Source: an uncultured Bacteroides sp.
GTDB taxonomy: Bacteria; Bacteroidota; Bacteroidia; Bacteroidales; SM23-62
Length of the DNA stretch: 50,879 bases
Direction: 5' to 3'
NCBI GenBank assembly: GCA_964527875.1
Contig: CAZGOR010000002.1
Span: forward strand, 1 to 50,879
Shown piece after piece: positions 1 to 9,450 of this stretch; positions within the stretch are counted from its first letter, which is position 1; each line of letters opens with the position of its first letter. The position numbers and the translations under genes were made by a program. The notes below the pieces were generated by a model. The model saw only the letters and a list, made by a program, of their open reading frames with translations, had not been told where the DNA came from and made no database searches.

Positions 1-1
1 T

Positions 2-112
2 CAATATTATTTATACAGAAGGACCGAAAGGGGTTACCATGAAAAATTATTGTATCGTGTTGAGAAAGCAGGATGGAAATTGTTGAAGTCTGGGCAGCTG
101 AGGATGATTTGA
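2..112 (+). CDS. 3' end of a gene cut by the window edge (product unknown)
   Basis: Frame 2 is open from the edge to TGA at 110-112 (QYYLYRRTERGYHEKLLYRVEKAGWKLLKSGQLRMI*). There is no start in the window and it is too short to assign a family. Confidence 0.3.
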   Translation, partial: QYYLYRRTERGYHEKLLYRVEKAGWKLLKSGQLRMI

Positions 113-143
113 CAAGGAATGAACATATGGATCTTTAAAACTT

Positions 144-566
144 TTATTCTTTCAGCATCTCTTTCAAATATTCAATTTTCATCACACGGTTCATTGAATA
201 TACTTTACTGGTAGTTTGCAGATATTCAAGAATATAGAGTGACTGTTGCAGGACATGGTTCCCATCTTTGATCCTGTCATAGCTGATCAAATTTTCCCCG
301 GTAACCTGTAATAATTCCGCAATCTTTTCCAGGTGATGCACCATTAATTTGTTTTTCTTTAAAAAGCTTTCTATGATCTCTTCTTTCGGTATTTTAATCA
401 GCTCTTCCACATCCAGGTCAAGTTCGCTTTTGTAGGTCTGCCTGAGCTCTTCCAGCCCCAGGCTTGCATCACCTTTCTGTTTAATACCCAGGAGCCTGGC
501 AAGCATGACAGCCAGTACCTCTCCCAGCTGTTCGATCTGACGCATCAGGTAATCACGTTGTTCCAT
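144..566 (-). CDS. hypothetical helical cytosolic protein, no family recognised
   Basis: 140-aa ATG ORF with a clean single frame and charged/helical composition. No signal peptide and no motif I can name. Confidence 0.6.
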   Translation of the reverse strand: MEQRDYLMRQIEQLGEVLAVMLARLLGIKQKGDASLGLEELRQTYKSELDLDVEELIKIPKEEIIESFLKKNKLMVHHLEKIAELLQVTGENLISYDRIKDGNHVLQQSLYILEYLQTTSKVYSMNRVMKIEYLKEMLKE

Positions 567-577
567 TACAGTTCAAG

Positions 578-609
578 GTTCAAAGTTAGTGTGAGTTTGG
601 GTGATGTGT
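578..609. repeat. left arm of a perfect 32-bp inverted repeat bracketing the four-helix-bundle gene
   Basis: GTTCAAAGTTAGTGTGAGTTTGGGTGATGTGT is the exact reverse complement of 1179-1210. A second, imperfect IR module (618-663 vs 1211-1250, TAGTTCAARGTT..AAGAGTTT words) follows each arm. Confidence 0.9.
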
Positions 610-663
610 GTGAATCATAGTTCAAGGTTTAAAGTTAAGAGTTTGAGGTTAAGAGTTCAAAGT

Positions 664-1053
664 TTATTTGAATTTTAATCCTTTCAATTCTGAATTTTTA
701 AGGTAATTGATCAGTCCTGTGACAAGCTTTGAGCATTCTGAAACAAGTTCATAACTGTCCTGAAATTCATTTTCATCAATATATTTCTGATCCAGTGCCC
801 TGTAAAGTTGTGATCTCAATTCTGCCAGCGATCCCCGGGAAATGCCAAGAAAATTTATAAATTCCTTATTACCACCTCTCTCAAAGCCTTCGGGGATATT
901 ATCCATTGCTGAACCGCTTGATTTTCTAACCTGCCATACCAGTGATAAATCTTTTGAAAACTTTTCTTTATTGGTTAATTCATAGATTCTTTTACAAAGT
1001 TCCCGGCATTTCTGCCAGCATTCAAGTTCTTCAAATTTATTTACTGTTGCCAT
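664..1053 (-). CDS. four-helix-bundle protein (23S rRNA intervening-sequence protein / S23-type / Avd-like family)
   Basis: 129 aa. FEELECWQKCRELCKRIYELT...VRKSSGSAMDNIPEGFERGGNKEFINFLGISRGSLAELRSQLYRA is the characteristic signature of this family. Confidence 0.9.
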   Translation of the reverse strand: MATVNKFEELECWQKCRELCKRIYELTNKEKFSKDLSLVWQVRKSSGSAMDNIPEGFERGGNKEFINFLGISRGSLAELRSQLYRALDQKYIDENEFQDSYELVSECSKLVTGLINYLKNSELKGLKFK

Positions 1054-1178
1054 GATTAAAAAAGATTAGTTTATATTTATTCTAATCATTTATGACAAAA
1101 ACTTGATCATATCGGTCAATATTTTAGTATTATTTTTACCATAATCTGTCCTAACCAACACCCAAAATCATTATTTAA

Positions 1179-1210
1179 ACACATCACCCAAACTCACACT
1201 AACTTTGAAC
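1179..1210. repeat. right arm of the perfect 32-bp inverted repeat
   Basis: ACACATCACCCAAACTCACACTAACTTTGAAC is the reverse complement of 578-609. Confidence 0.9.
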
Positions 1211-1291
1211 ATTGAACTTTAAACTCTTAACTTTGAACTATTCTAATGAAAGTACAAATTATTTTATTTTGCAAACAAAAATGATGCTGTT

Positions 1292-2785
1292 TTGAATTTA
1301 CGTTTTCTCATATTGTTTAACCTTATTCTTATCGCATTCCATCTGGATGCCCAGGATGTAGCCGACAGTGTAGATGTTCTGTGGGGAGAGAAACTTTTTC
1401 TTGAATCGAAGAATGTCATTCCTGAAATCGTCGGATATGACTCAACAGGTTTTTATTCTTTGGTTCAGGACTATCAATGGGCCATTGAGCATTACGATAC
1501 CGTACTTGATGAATCCAGGAGAGAATATCTCCACATGACCTATGGATTCTGGTCAAGAGAACTTGAAGCCCTGATTCATTTTCATGGTATGCTCTACCTC
1601 TTCACCTCTGAAGAACGATTCAGAAGCCGCATACTATATGTTCAGACCATTAACAAAGAAACACTGAAGCAGGATGGTGATGGTCATATCGTCATGGAGG
1701 TTCCGGATATGGGTGGCTGGAGGGCAGACTTCCATTTCGTTTTATCCCGTCTTGAACAAAAACTTCTTATCGTCAGCCGAACCGTTATTTACGGTCCAAA
1801 GGTACAGGAAATCCGGTTTATGGTATTTGGCAAGGATATGGAAAAAGAGTGGGAATCCGGCGACCGTATCCAGCATGATAGAAAAATATACAGTGAGGCT
1901 GAATTTGTTGTAGATGAAACAGGGAATGCTTACATGCTATGCCTTTATTTCAAACCTGTCCTTTTTCAGCATTTCAATCAAAGGAAAAACAGTTACCTGA
2001 TTGTTGCTTTTACTGATCAGGGACAATCGGTAAACAGATACTTTGCAGACTTCCCCAATAAATATATCAGAGGCATTGCCATTGAACCTACCCTTCAAAA
2101 CGAATTGGCCTGTGCCGGCTTTTACTCCCCCAGCATGAACGACTTCAGCATCGATGGACTATTTTTCTTCACAATCGATCATCAATATCATATCATAAGA
2201 AATTTGAAGTTCCATGAGCTTGAATCTTATTTTCTTGAAGAGAGTATGGAACTTAAACCAGGACAGGAATTCAAGTATCTTTACAGTTTTTATCTCGATC
2301 ATCTGGTACTAAGGCAGAATGGGAATTTTATCCTGACAGGTGAACAACTCCTGGAACAAGACTATGACAACCACAAGAATATTATCGTCATGGGAATGAA
2401 TCCAGATGGTGAAATCATGTGGGAAAGAGTCATTCAAAAAATTCAGAACCACGAAAAGGAAACTTACCCAAATTTTACATCGTATGCTCTTTTTGCACCT
2501 GCCCACTGGAACAAGGTTGAGATCCTTTTCAATGAAAATCTCAAAAACTTTAACAGAAATACTGAAAAAGACCTGGTTACCTTTAATTACAATTCAAAGG
2601 CATACCTTTCCTGTGTAGAAATAGGTGAACATGGAGAAATAGGTAAAGATATCATCTACCTGAAGAAAAGAAGAAGAATGTTAACCCCGGCGCCTCTATA
2701 CTTTTATGATATGAAAACAAATGAAATGATTATGCCGGCATTACGTTACAGAAAATTCAAATTTATGAAACTGACTTTCAATTGA
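1292..2785 (+). CDS. secreted hypothetical protein
   Basis: 497-aa ORF with a TTG start in the track and an N-terminal signal-like LILFNLILIAFHLDAQ. No catalytic motif recognised. Its end overlaps the convergent sulfatase gene by 8 nt. Confidence 0.65.
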   Translation: MNLRFLILFNLILIAFHLDAQDVADSVDVLWGEKLFLESKNVIPEIVGYDSTGFYSLVQDYQWAIEHYDTVLDESRREYLHMTYGFWSRELEALIHFHGMLYLFTSEERFRSRILYVQTINKETLKQDGDGHIVMEVPDMGGWRADFHFVLSRLEQKLLIVSRTVIYGPKVQEIRFMVFGKDMEKEWESGDRIQHDRKIYSEAEFVVDETGNAYMLCLYFKPVLFQHFNQRKNSYLIVAFTDQGQSVNRYFADFPNKYIRGIAIEPTLQNELACAGFYSPSMNDFSIDGLFFFTIDHQYHIIRNLKFHELESYFLEESMELKPGQEFKYLYSFYLDHLVLRQNGNFILTGEQLLEQDYDNHKNIIVMGMNPDGEIMWERVIQKIQNHEKETYPNFTSYALFAPAHWNKVEILFNENLKNFNRNTEKDLVTFNYNSKAYLSCVEIGEHGEIGKDIIYLKKRRRMLTPAPLYFYDMKTNEMIMPALRYRKFKFMKLTFN

Positions 2786-4454
2786 GTTCCCAACCCAGTG
2801 ATTTCAATTTCTCCATATTTTCTTCCAGTCTTCTCTTTCCCTTTTCAATAGCCATTTTTTTCTCCTCTTCATTCAATTTCTCCCATTCCCCGGGGGATAG
2901 TCCCCCCGAATCAAATCCTTTATTTGTATAATAAGGGGCTTTAAAATACACCTCTTCCTGTCCTTTCATTCTCAAATCACCCCTTTCATCCAGATAATCT
3001 TTCAATTCCTGTTGAAGTTGAAACAATAGTTCATCATATTCTTCCATACCGGCAAGGTTTTTAATCTGAAAAGGATCACCGGTCAGATTATAAAGTTCAA
3101 ACTCAGGACGTTTTGCCCATGCCAGATCATAATACCATCTCATTGCTTCCTTTTTTTGCAGTGAAAGAAGGAAATCTTTGGTTGGGCTGTTGTCAACATC
3201 ACCAAATGGATAATAATTGAAATTATATTGCGGATCGGGATGACCGGCCAGATACATGTCAGGTTTCGGATTCCAGATGATTAAAAACTGATCTTTCCTC
3301 ATAGCCCTCATGGGATAAACCTGGCCATCGGGCTGAGTCCATGCATGCCGCTCGCGAAATGTAAATATTCTGTTCCTTGAAGGATCAGCCTGCCCGGAAA
3401 TATTAGAATTCAGAATATCTAACAGGCTTTTTCCCGACATTTCTTCAGGAACCGGTAAATCTGCGATTTCCAGAAAAGTTGGAGCCAGGTCGGTAAGACT
3501 TACAAGATCATCAATTTCCCGCCCTCCTGGTATAAGCTTTTTACAGAAAATGACAAGTGGCATATGTGTTCCATACTCATACAGATTGGATTTTGCTCTT
3601 GGAAAAGGCATTCCGTTATCAGATGTTACCACGATCAAGGTGTTATCCAGTTCGTCCTCTTCACGGAGTATATCGATCATTTTTCCCAGATGATTATCAA
3701 ACCACTCTATCTCAACCAGGTAATCCAATATATCATGTCTTACCTCCGGGACATCAGGCAGAAAAGCAGGTACATCAATATCTTCCGGCTGTTTACCCAT
3801 CATCAATCCAATGTCTTTTAAATAATCCCTGTGTGGTTCAAAAGCTCCATACCAGAAACAAAATGGTTTCCCCACAGGCCTTTCTTCTAGAAACTCAGCA
3901 AAATTAGCCGCATAATCAACATTACTCATCGGATTTGAATCTCCAAACCGTTCATAAGGAATTGTCCGTACTTCCTGATACCCTTTCCCTGCAGGATTTT
4001 TCGTCCTCCCACTATTTTTCCAGTCCCCCGGGCCCCATCCCTTTCCTGTATAACCTGTAAAATAACCCGATTCTTCAAGATATTCCGTATAGGTTTTAAA
4101 TTCTGAAGGAATAATACTCCAGAGGCAGGCACCTTCCCTGAGCTCAAAACCATTCCGCCCTGTAAGAATAGAGGCACGGGATGCAGAACATGACGGAGCA
4201 GAACAATAAGCATGATTAAACCAGACTCCATTCCTGGCCAGGTAATCGATATTAGGGGTTTGAATGGCTTCACATCCTGAAAAGCTCGTATGAAGCCAGC
4301 TCATATCATCAGCAATGGCAAATAATATATTAAGCCGGTCATCTTCCACAAACTCCTCATCCTCTGAAATTTCCTGATTTTGGTGCCTTTTTCCCGTACA
4401 ACCAGCTAAAGTCAACAAAAAAATGATAATCGTGTAAAAAATAATTTGTTTCAT
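2778..4454 (-). CDS. sulfatase (formylglycine-dependent; N-sulfoglucosamine sulfohydrolase-like), lipoprotein
   Basis: Lipobox LTLAGC; metal site FAIADDMSW; maturation motif SCSASRASILTGR; SDNG further on. Confidence 0.9.
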   Translation of the reverse strand: MKQIIFYTIIIFLLTLAGCTGKRHQNQEISEDEEFVEDDRLNILFAIADDMSWLHTSFSGCEAIQTPNIDYLARNGVWFNHAYCSAPSCSASRASILTGRNGFELREGACLWSIIPSEFKTYTEYLEESGYFTGYTGKGWGPGDWKNSGRTKNPAGKGYQEVRTIPYERFGDSNPMSNVDYAANFAEFLEERPVGKPFCFWYGAFEPHRDYLKDIGLMMGKQPEDIDVPAFLPDVPEVRHDILDYLVEIEWFDNHLGKMIDILREEDELDNTLIVVTSDNGMPFPRAKSNLYEYGTHMPLVIFCKKLIPGGREIDDLVSLTDLAPTFLEIADLPVPEEMSGKSLLDILNSNISGQADPSRNRIFTFRERHAWTQPDGQVYPMRAMRKDQFLIIWNPKPDMYLAGHPDPQYNFNYYPFGDVDNSPTKDFLLSLQKKEAMRWYYDLAWAKRPEFELYNLTGDPFQIKNLAGMEEYDELLFQLQQELKDYLDERGDLRMKGQEEVYFKAPYYTNKGFDSGGLSPGEWEKLNEEEKKMAIEKGKRRLEENMEKLKSLGWELN

Positions 4455-4459
4455 GGATT

Positions 4460-5725
4460 TTATTTATTACTTAATATTTCCTCCAACACCGGATCCCTTC
4501 CTGCAAAGAAGTCGGCCGATGAAAGCTCAACCACAATATCCGGATAAAAGGTAGGTTCATCCTCTTCCGTTTCTTTAAAATATTTTGTAGAATAACTGAT
4601 TGTTAAGCCTGTATTGGGGAGAATCATACTTCTGACCTCACCATAATGATTCGGTTTCCCCCTTGTAGGTTCTCCGATAAAAATAGCATTTGTTTCCTTT
4701 TTCAGGATTATCGCATTCAGGATAGCCGAAGAAAAGGTGTTTCTGCCTACACAAACATAAAGCTTCCCCTTCTGGTTAATCTTTTTATTATTTTTCAGGT
4801 CTTTAATAAGAGGTTCAGCAATGGAAGAATTCCCTCCTCCATTCAGCCTTATATCAAAAATAAACTTTTGTACATCATGATTTTCAATAAATCCCAGCAT
4901 TCTATTCATGAATTTTTTAAACGACAGGGTATCAATTTCTGCACAATGATTATATTGAAAGTAAAGTGTTTGTTCCTGATCGATCCATTTATACCAGTAA
5001 TATAAATCTTTATTAATCAGATAAAGAGGGGGTTCCTGTTCTTCATCCACAGCATAAATAAAATCAAGATTCTCCGTATTATAAGGAACAGGTATTAATA
5101 CCATTCTGCCGGCAACTTCAAATTCCATAATTACACTATCAGGTTCCGAAATGATATCAAGGGCATGCAGAATTTCAGGACATCCTATTAACCAGGGAAC
5201 CTGGGTTTTAACCTGGGCCTCATTCTCATGTGAAATAATGGTTTCAAGCACATGAATGACTTTGTCAACAGTGTGACCATTAATCGCAATCAGCTTCTGA
5301 CCAATAACAGGCCTGTATTCTTCAATAGCAGCAGTAGCAAATATTCCATCACTGAACAATTTATAAGTAACCGGTACATGTCTGAAAGCAGGGATCTTCC
5401 ATATTGCCACTCCCGTATGCGAATCTCCTACCTTTGCAGTAATCTTCATAATCTCTGTGATAATCCTATAATCTTCAAGATAAGGTATTTCCTTTTTAAG
5501 CTTCTCAATATCTTTATGAAAATCCTCTTCCTTTAATTGAAAAAACAGGTTCTTATGTCGTTTTGGCAATTCCTTTGCAAAATAATCAACATCTTCCAGC
5601 CAGTGTTCTGCCATTAGGTCAGATTCACCTCCTTCTAAAGCTTTTCTATCTTTCGGTTGTGTACAAAACGAAAGGATAACGAATAGTAAGGGAGACCACT
5701 TAAGAAAATGATGTTTTGAACTCAT
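4460..5725 (-). CDS. S41 family peptidase (tail-specific protease-like)
   Basis: FDIRLNGGGNS, NTFSSA (Ser nucleophile context) and GEPTRGKPNHYG (Lys) match S41 signatures. N-terminal signal/lipobox ILSFC. Confidence 0.8.
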   Translation of the reverse strand: MSSKHHFLKWSPLLFVILSFCTQPKDRKALEGGESDLMAEHWLEDVDYFAKELPKRHKNLFFQLKEEDFHKDIEKLKKEIPYLEDYRIITEIMKITAKVGDSHTGVAIWKIPAFRHVPVTYKLFSDGIFATAAIEEYRPVIGQKLIAINGHTVDKVIHVLETIISHENEAQVKTQVPWLIGCPEILHALDIISEPDSVIMEFEVAGRMVLIPVPYNTENLDFIYAVDEEQEPPLYLINKDLYYWYKWIDQEQTLYFQYNHCAEIDTLSFKKFMNRMLGFIENHDVQKFIFDIRLNGGGNSSIAEPLIKDLKNNKKINQKGKLYVCVGRNTFSSAILNAIILKKETNAIFIGEPTRGKPNHYGEVRSMILPNTGLTISYSTKYFKETEEDEPTFYPDIVVELSSADFFAGRDPVLEEILSNK

Positions 5726-6064
5726 CTGATAATATTTTTAAGATTCATTATTTATAATAAAAGCACGTTGATCTTATCAACCCTGTATTCATTGATGATC
5801 TTATCCAGTAGGTGATTCAACCGTTCCGGCGACCACTAATTACCCTCCGGGCATTATGGCGAAATAATGATAAATATGCTTTCTTTACCCTCTTCCACCG
5901 GTCCGGGGGTCATTCTTTTTTACCATTTCAAAGATTACATACCCAAACCCACACCAATCCCGAAAATTAGCAATCAACTTCAGGCTGATGCGTTAATTTT
6001 CAAGGATCCTAAAAAGATGAAAGATCAGGCAAAAATGGGCAGAAGCTGGCTTGACCAGATCAAA

Positions 6065-7600
6065 TTAACCCAGTTTTTCAAAACGATTCATAAAAGCTGA
6101 GATCCTTCCCAACACTTCTTCTCTGCCAAGAATCTCCATGAGCTGTACCAATCCCGGTCCCTGGTTTGCTCCCACCAAAATCAGTCTGAGAGGATTCATA
6201 ATACGGCCAAATCCGATGTTTTTCCCCTCAACATATGTTTTGATTGATGCCTCAATACGATGATGGTTAAAATCTTTTATATCGCTTAAAATATTCCGGA
6301 TATCATTGATCATCATGGTTGTATTTTCTTTCCACACCTTTTTTAAAACACTTTCATCATATTCTTCCGGCCGCTGAAAAAAGAACCATGATTCTTTCCA
6401 CAGGTCAGTCAACAGGAATATCCTTTCTTTTACAAGTCCGATTGCCTTTGATACATAATCCGGTGCAAAGTTCAGCTTTCTTTGTTTAAGTTCTTTCGAA
6501 AGCCATCCTGCCAGTTCACGATTACTCTTCTGAATAATATACTGGTGATTGAACCACCTGGCTTTCTCAGGATCAAATTTTGAACCTGACTTGATGATCC
6601 GTTCAAGAGAAAATTCCCGGATGAGTTCATCCATTGTATAAAGTTCACGTTCACTTCCCGGGTTCCATCCCAACAAGGCAAGAATATTGATAACTGCTTC
6701 CGGCAGATATCCCGATTCCCTGTAACCGGCTGATATTTCAACTGTTTCAGGATTTATCCATTGAATTGGAAAAACAGGAAATCCGAGCCTGTCACCATCC
6801 CTTTTACTCAGCTTCCCTTTTCCGTCAGGTTTCAGGGTAAGCGGCATATGGACAAAAACCGGCATTTTCTTTTCCCAGCCAAAAGCTTCATAAAGTAGCA
6901 CATGAAGGGGTGTGGAGGGAAGCCATTCCTCACCACGTATCACATGAGATATCTTCATCAAATAGTCATCCACAACATTTGCAAGGTGATACGTTGGCAA
7001 TCCATCTGCCTTAAGAAGAACTTTATCATCAAGCGTTGAAGTTTCAACCCTGATTTCACCCCGTACCACATCATTAAAGACAACTTCTCTGTTTTCAGGT
7101 ATTTTAAACCGTATCACATAAGGATAATCGTTATTAAGTAATGCTTGAACCTCCGGAGCCGGAAGACTCAGGGAGTTTTTCATATTGTCCCTCACAGTAA
7201 CATCATAAATGAATGTTTTTTTCTGTTCTTCATACTGTTTCCTGTATACATCCAACTCCTCCGGAGTATCAAAAGCATAATAGGCATAACCCCTTCTGAT
7301 AAGATCATCGGCATATTCCCTGTATGACTCAGCTCTTTCCGATTGTCTGTAAGGCCCGAAAGGACCTCCTGAGGTGACTCCTTCATCCGGTTCAATACCG
7401 CACCATTTTAATGATTCAATAATATATTCCTCAGCCCCGGGGACATATCGGGCCTGATCAGTGTCTTCAATACGCAGTACAAAAGTACCGTTGTGTTTAC
7501 GTGCAAAAAGGTAATTGAACAGTGCTGTCCGCATTCCACCAATATGAAGCGGACCAGTAGGACTGGGAGCAAAACGCACACGGACAGCTTTTTCAGTCAT
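6065..7600 (-). CDS. gltX: glutamate--tRNA ligase
   Basis: RFAPSPTGPLHIGG (HIGH motif) and KLSKR (KMSKS motif); 511 aa. Confidence 0.97.
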   Translation of the reverse strand: MTEKAVRVRFAPSPTGPLHIGGMRTALFNYLFARKHNGTFVLRIEDTDQARYVPGAEEYIIESLKWCGIEPDEGVTSGGPFGPYRQSERAESYREYADDLIRRGYAYYAFDTPEELDVYRKQYEEQKKTFIYDVTVRDNMKNSLSLPAPEVQALLNNDYPYVIRFKIPENREVVFNDVVRGEIRVETSTLDDKVLLKADGLPTYHLANVVDDYLMKISHVIRGEEWLPSTPLHVLLYEAFGWEKKMPVFVHMPLTLKPDGKGKLSKRDGDRLGFPVFPIQWINPETVEISAGYRESGYLPEAVINILALLGWNPGSERELYTMDELIREFSLERIIKSGSKFDPEKARWFNHQYIIQKSNRELAGWLSKELKQRKLNFAPDYVSKAIGLVKERIFLLTDLWKESWFFFQRPEEYDESVLKKVWKENTTMMINDIRNILSDIKDFNHHRIEASIKTYVEGKNIGFGRIMNPLRLILVGANQGPGLVQLMEILGREEVLGRISAFMNRFEKLG

Positions 7601-7661
7601 ATCCTAAAAATTTTGACTAAGATAGTAAATTCATCAGGGCGTAACTCTATGAAATATTATT

Positions 7662-7763
7662 TTAACCACAGTGAACACAGAGGAGAAACGGAGTTCACAG
7701 AGAAATAATAGCTTTCATATTTCTCCGTGTCCTCTGCGAATTCTCTGTTTACTCCGTGGTTAA
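7662..7763. repeat. imperfect ~45-bp-armed inverted repeat built from CACAGAG/CTCTGTG words, with no gene inside
   Basis: TTAACCACAGTGAACACAGAGGAGAAACGGAGTTCACAGAGAAATA ... TATTTCTCCGTGTCCTCTGCGAATTCTCTGTTTACTCCGTGGTTAA. The termini TTAACCAC/GTGGTTAA are exact complements. It lies in the divergent gltX/waaA intergenic region. Confidence 0.8.
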
Positions 7764-7850
7764 ATATAAATGGAATCCTTTCACGATAATTGATTTTAGA
7801 AAATATACTAAAATATCACTATTTTAGCCATTAATATATCAAATCCATAA

Positions 7851-9083
7851 ATGCTTTTTCTGTACAATATTGGTATCAGGTTCTATTACCTTTCTATCCT
7901 GTTTGCTTCCCTATTCAACAAAAAGGCCCGGTTTTGGATCAGGGGCCGGCAAGGCTTGTTTGAACGGATTGGTTCAGAAATAAATCCTGACGACCATATT
8001 ATCTGGTTCCATTGCTCCTCACTTGGTGAATTCGAACAGGGCAGACCGGTAATTGAAAAGATAAAGGAAAAACTGCCGGACAGGAAAATCCTGCTGACTT
8101 TTTACTCACCTTCAGGATATGAAATCCGAAAAAATTATACAGGTGCGGATCATATTTATTATTTACCACTTGACACAAGAAAAAATGCTAAAAAGTTCCT
8201 GAACCTTATCCGTCCTGAAATTGTATTCTTTGTGAAATATGAATACTGGTATCATTTTTTATCCATCCTGGATAAACGCTGTATTAATACTTATTTGATT
8301 TCCGGGAAATTCCGGCCAGATCAGATATTCTTCAAAAGATACAGCAAATGGTTCAGAAAAATGCTAAGATTTTTTCACCACTTCTTCATCCAGGATGAGA
8401 ATTCCGCAAGTCTTTTAAAATCAATCGGGATAAAAAATTTTACAATCAGTGGTGATACCCGTTTCGACCGTGTATGCGCAATTGCTCAGAAAGCTTTGGA
8501 TTTTCCTATCATCAGGAAAATAACAACAGGTCATCTGACTTTGATCGCCGGAAGTACATGGCCGGAAGACGTGGAAATCCTTGTCAGGTTCATGAATGAA
8601 AATAAGACTGAACTGAAATGTATTATTGTACCTCATGAAATACACGAAAGGAATATCAGGTATCTTCAGGAAAAGATCCAGCTGAAAACGATCAGATATA
8701 GTTCATTGGATCAAAAAGAAATCCATGATCCCGATGTATTGATCATTGATACTATCGGCATCCTTTCATCAATCTACCAGTATGGCAATATTGCTTACAT
8801 CGGAGGCGGATTTGGAAAAGGGATTCATAATACACTTGAGGCAGCAATATTCGGACTTCCGGTTATTTTCGGCCCGAATTATAAAAAATTCCGTGAGGCT
8901 GTTGACCTGATAAACCATCACGGAGGTTTTTCTATAAATGATTATCAATCATTTTCAGAAATTATGATTCAGTTAATCAGAAATAAAAACCTTTTAAAGA
9001 CATCCGGAGAAAATGCCAGAAACTATGTCAGGTCAGGTTTTGGCGCCACTGATAAAATTATTAATTTTGCACTTACAAAATAA
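7851..9083 (+). CDS. waaA: 3-deoxy-D-manno-octulosonic acid (Kdo) transferase
   Basis: 410 aa. WFHCSSLGEFEQGRPVIEKIK and C-terminal GGGFGKGIHNTLEAA are typical of KdtA/WaaA. Confidence 0.9.
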   Translation: MLFLYNIGIRFYYLSILFASLFNKKARFWIRGRQGLFERIGSEINPDDHIIWFHCSSLGEFEQGRPVIEKIKEKLPDRKILLTFYSPSGYEIRKNYTGADHIYYLPLDTRKNAKKFLNLIRPEIVFFVKYEYWYHFLSILDKRCINTYLISGKFRPDQIFFKRYSKWFRKMLRFFHHFFIQDENSASLLKSIGIKNFTISGDTRFDRVCAIAQKALDFPIIRKITTGHLTLIAGSTWPEDVEILVRFMNENKTELKCIIVPHEIHERNIRYLQEKIQLKTIRYSSLDQKEIHDPDVLIIDTIGILSSIYQYGNIAYIGGGFGKGIHNTLEAAIFGLPVIFGPNYKKFREAVDLINHHGGFSINDYQSFSEIMIQLIRNKNLLKTSGENARNYVRSGFGATDKIINFALTK

Positions 9084-9450
9084 TAGGATGGTTTATTACT
9101 ACTTTTCATCATATGGATTTTACAATACCATGCCTGATTTTAACTTATTTCATTTTTTTTAAACTAATTTTTAACTATTTGGGACTTTATCTATGAATTT
9201 TCATTTTTTGTTGTATTAATCATGAAAATTAAAAATAAAGAATTCTTGATCTGATTATATTATATTATTTAATTTATTGTCTGATAAGACATTATGCATC
9301 GGGTTAATAAGTATTATGATTTGTTGATAAATTGAATTCACATCAACTTGTCAACTGAGTTATCAATTTATATCTTGCATCTTTAACTTTCTTTTTCCAA
9401 ATCCACTTTTATTGTTTTAATTATTAACCTGTTATTATTTCTTACATTCA

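Noticed and set aside
5726-6064. Possible decayed gene between the S41 peptidase and gltX (minus-strand fragments such as ..WSPERLNHLLDKIINEYRVDKINVLLL* and ..GFGYVIFEMVKKNDPRTGG..), and the 77-codon plus-strand ORF 5867-6100
   Set aside because: No continuous frame (several stops and frame changes within 300 bp) and no motif I can name. The plus-strand ORF overlaps the gltX 3' end. The evidence is insufficient to call a pseudogene.
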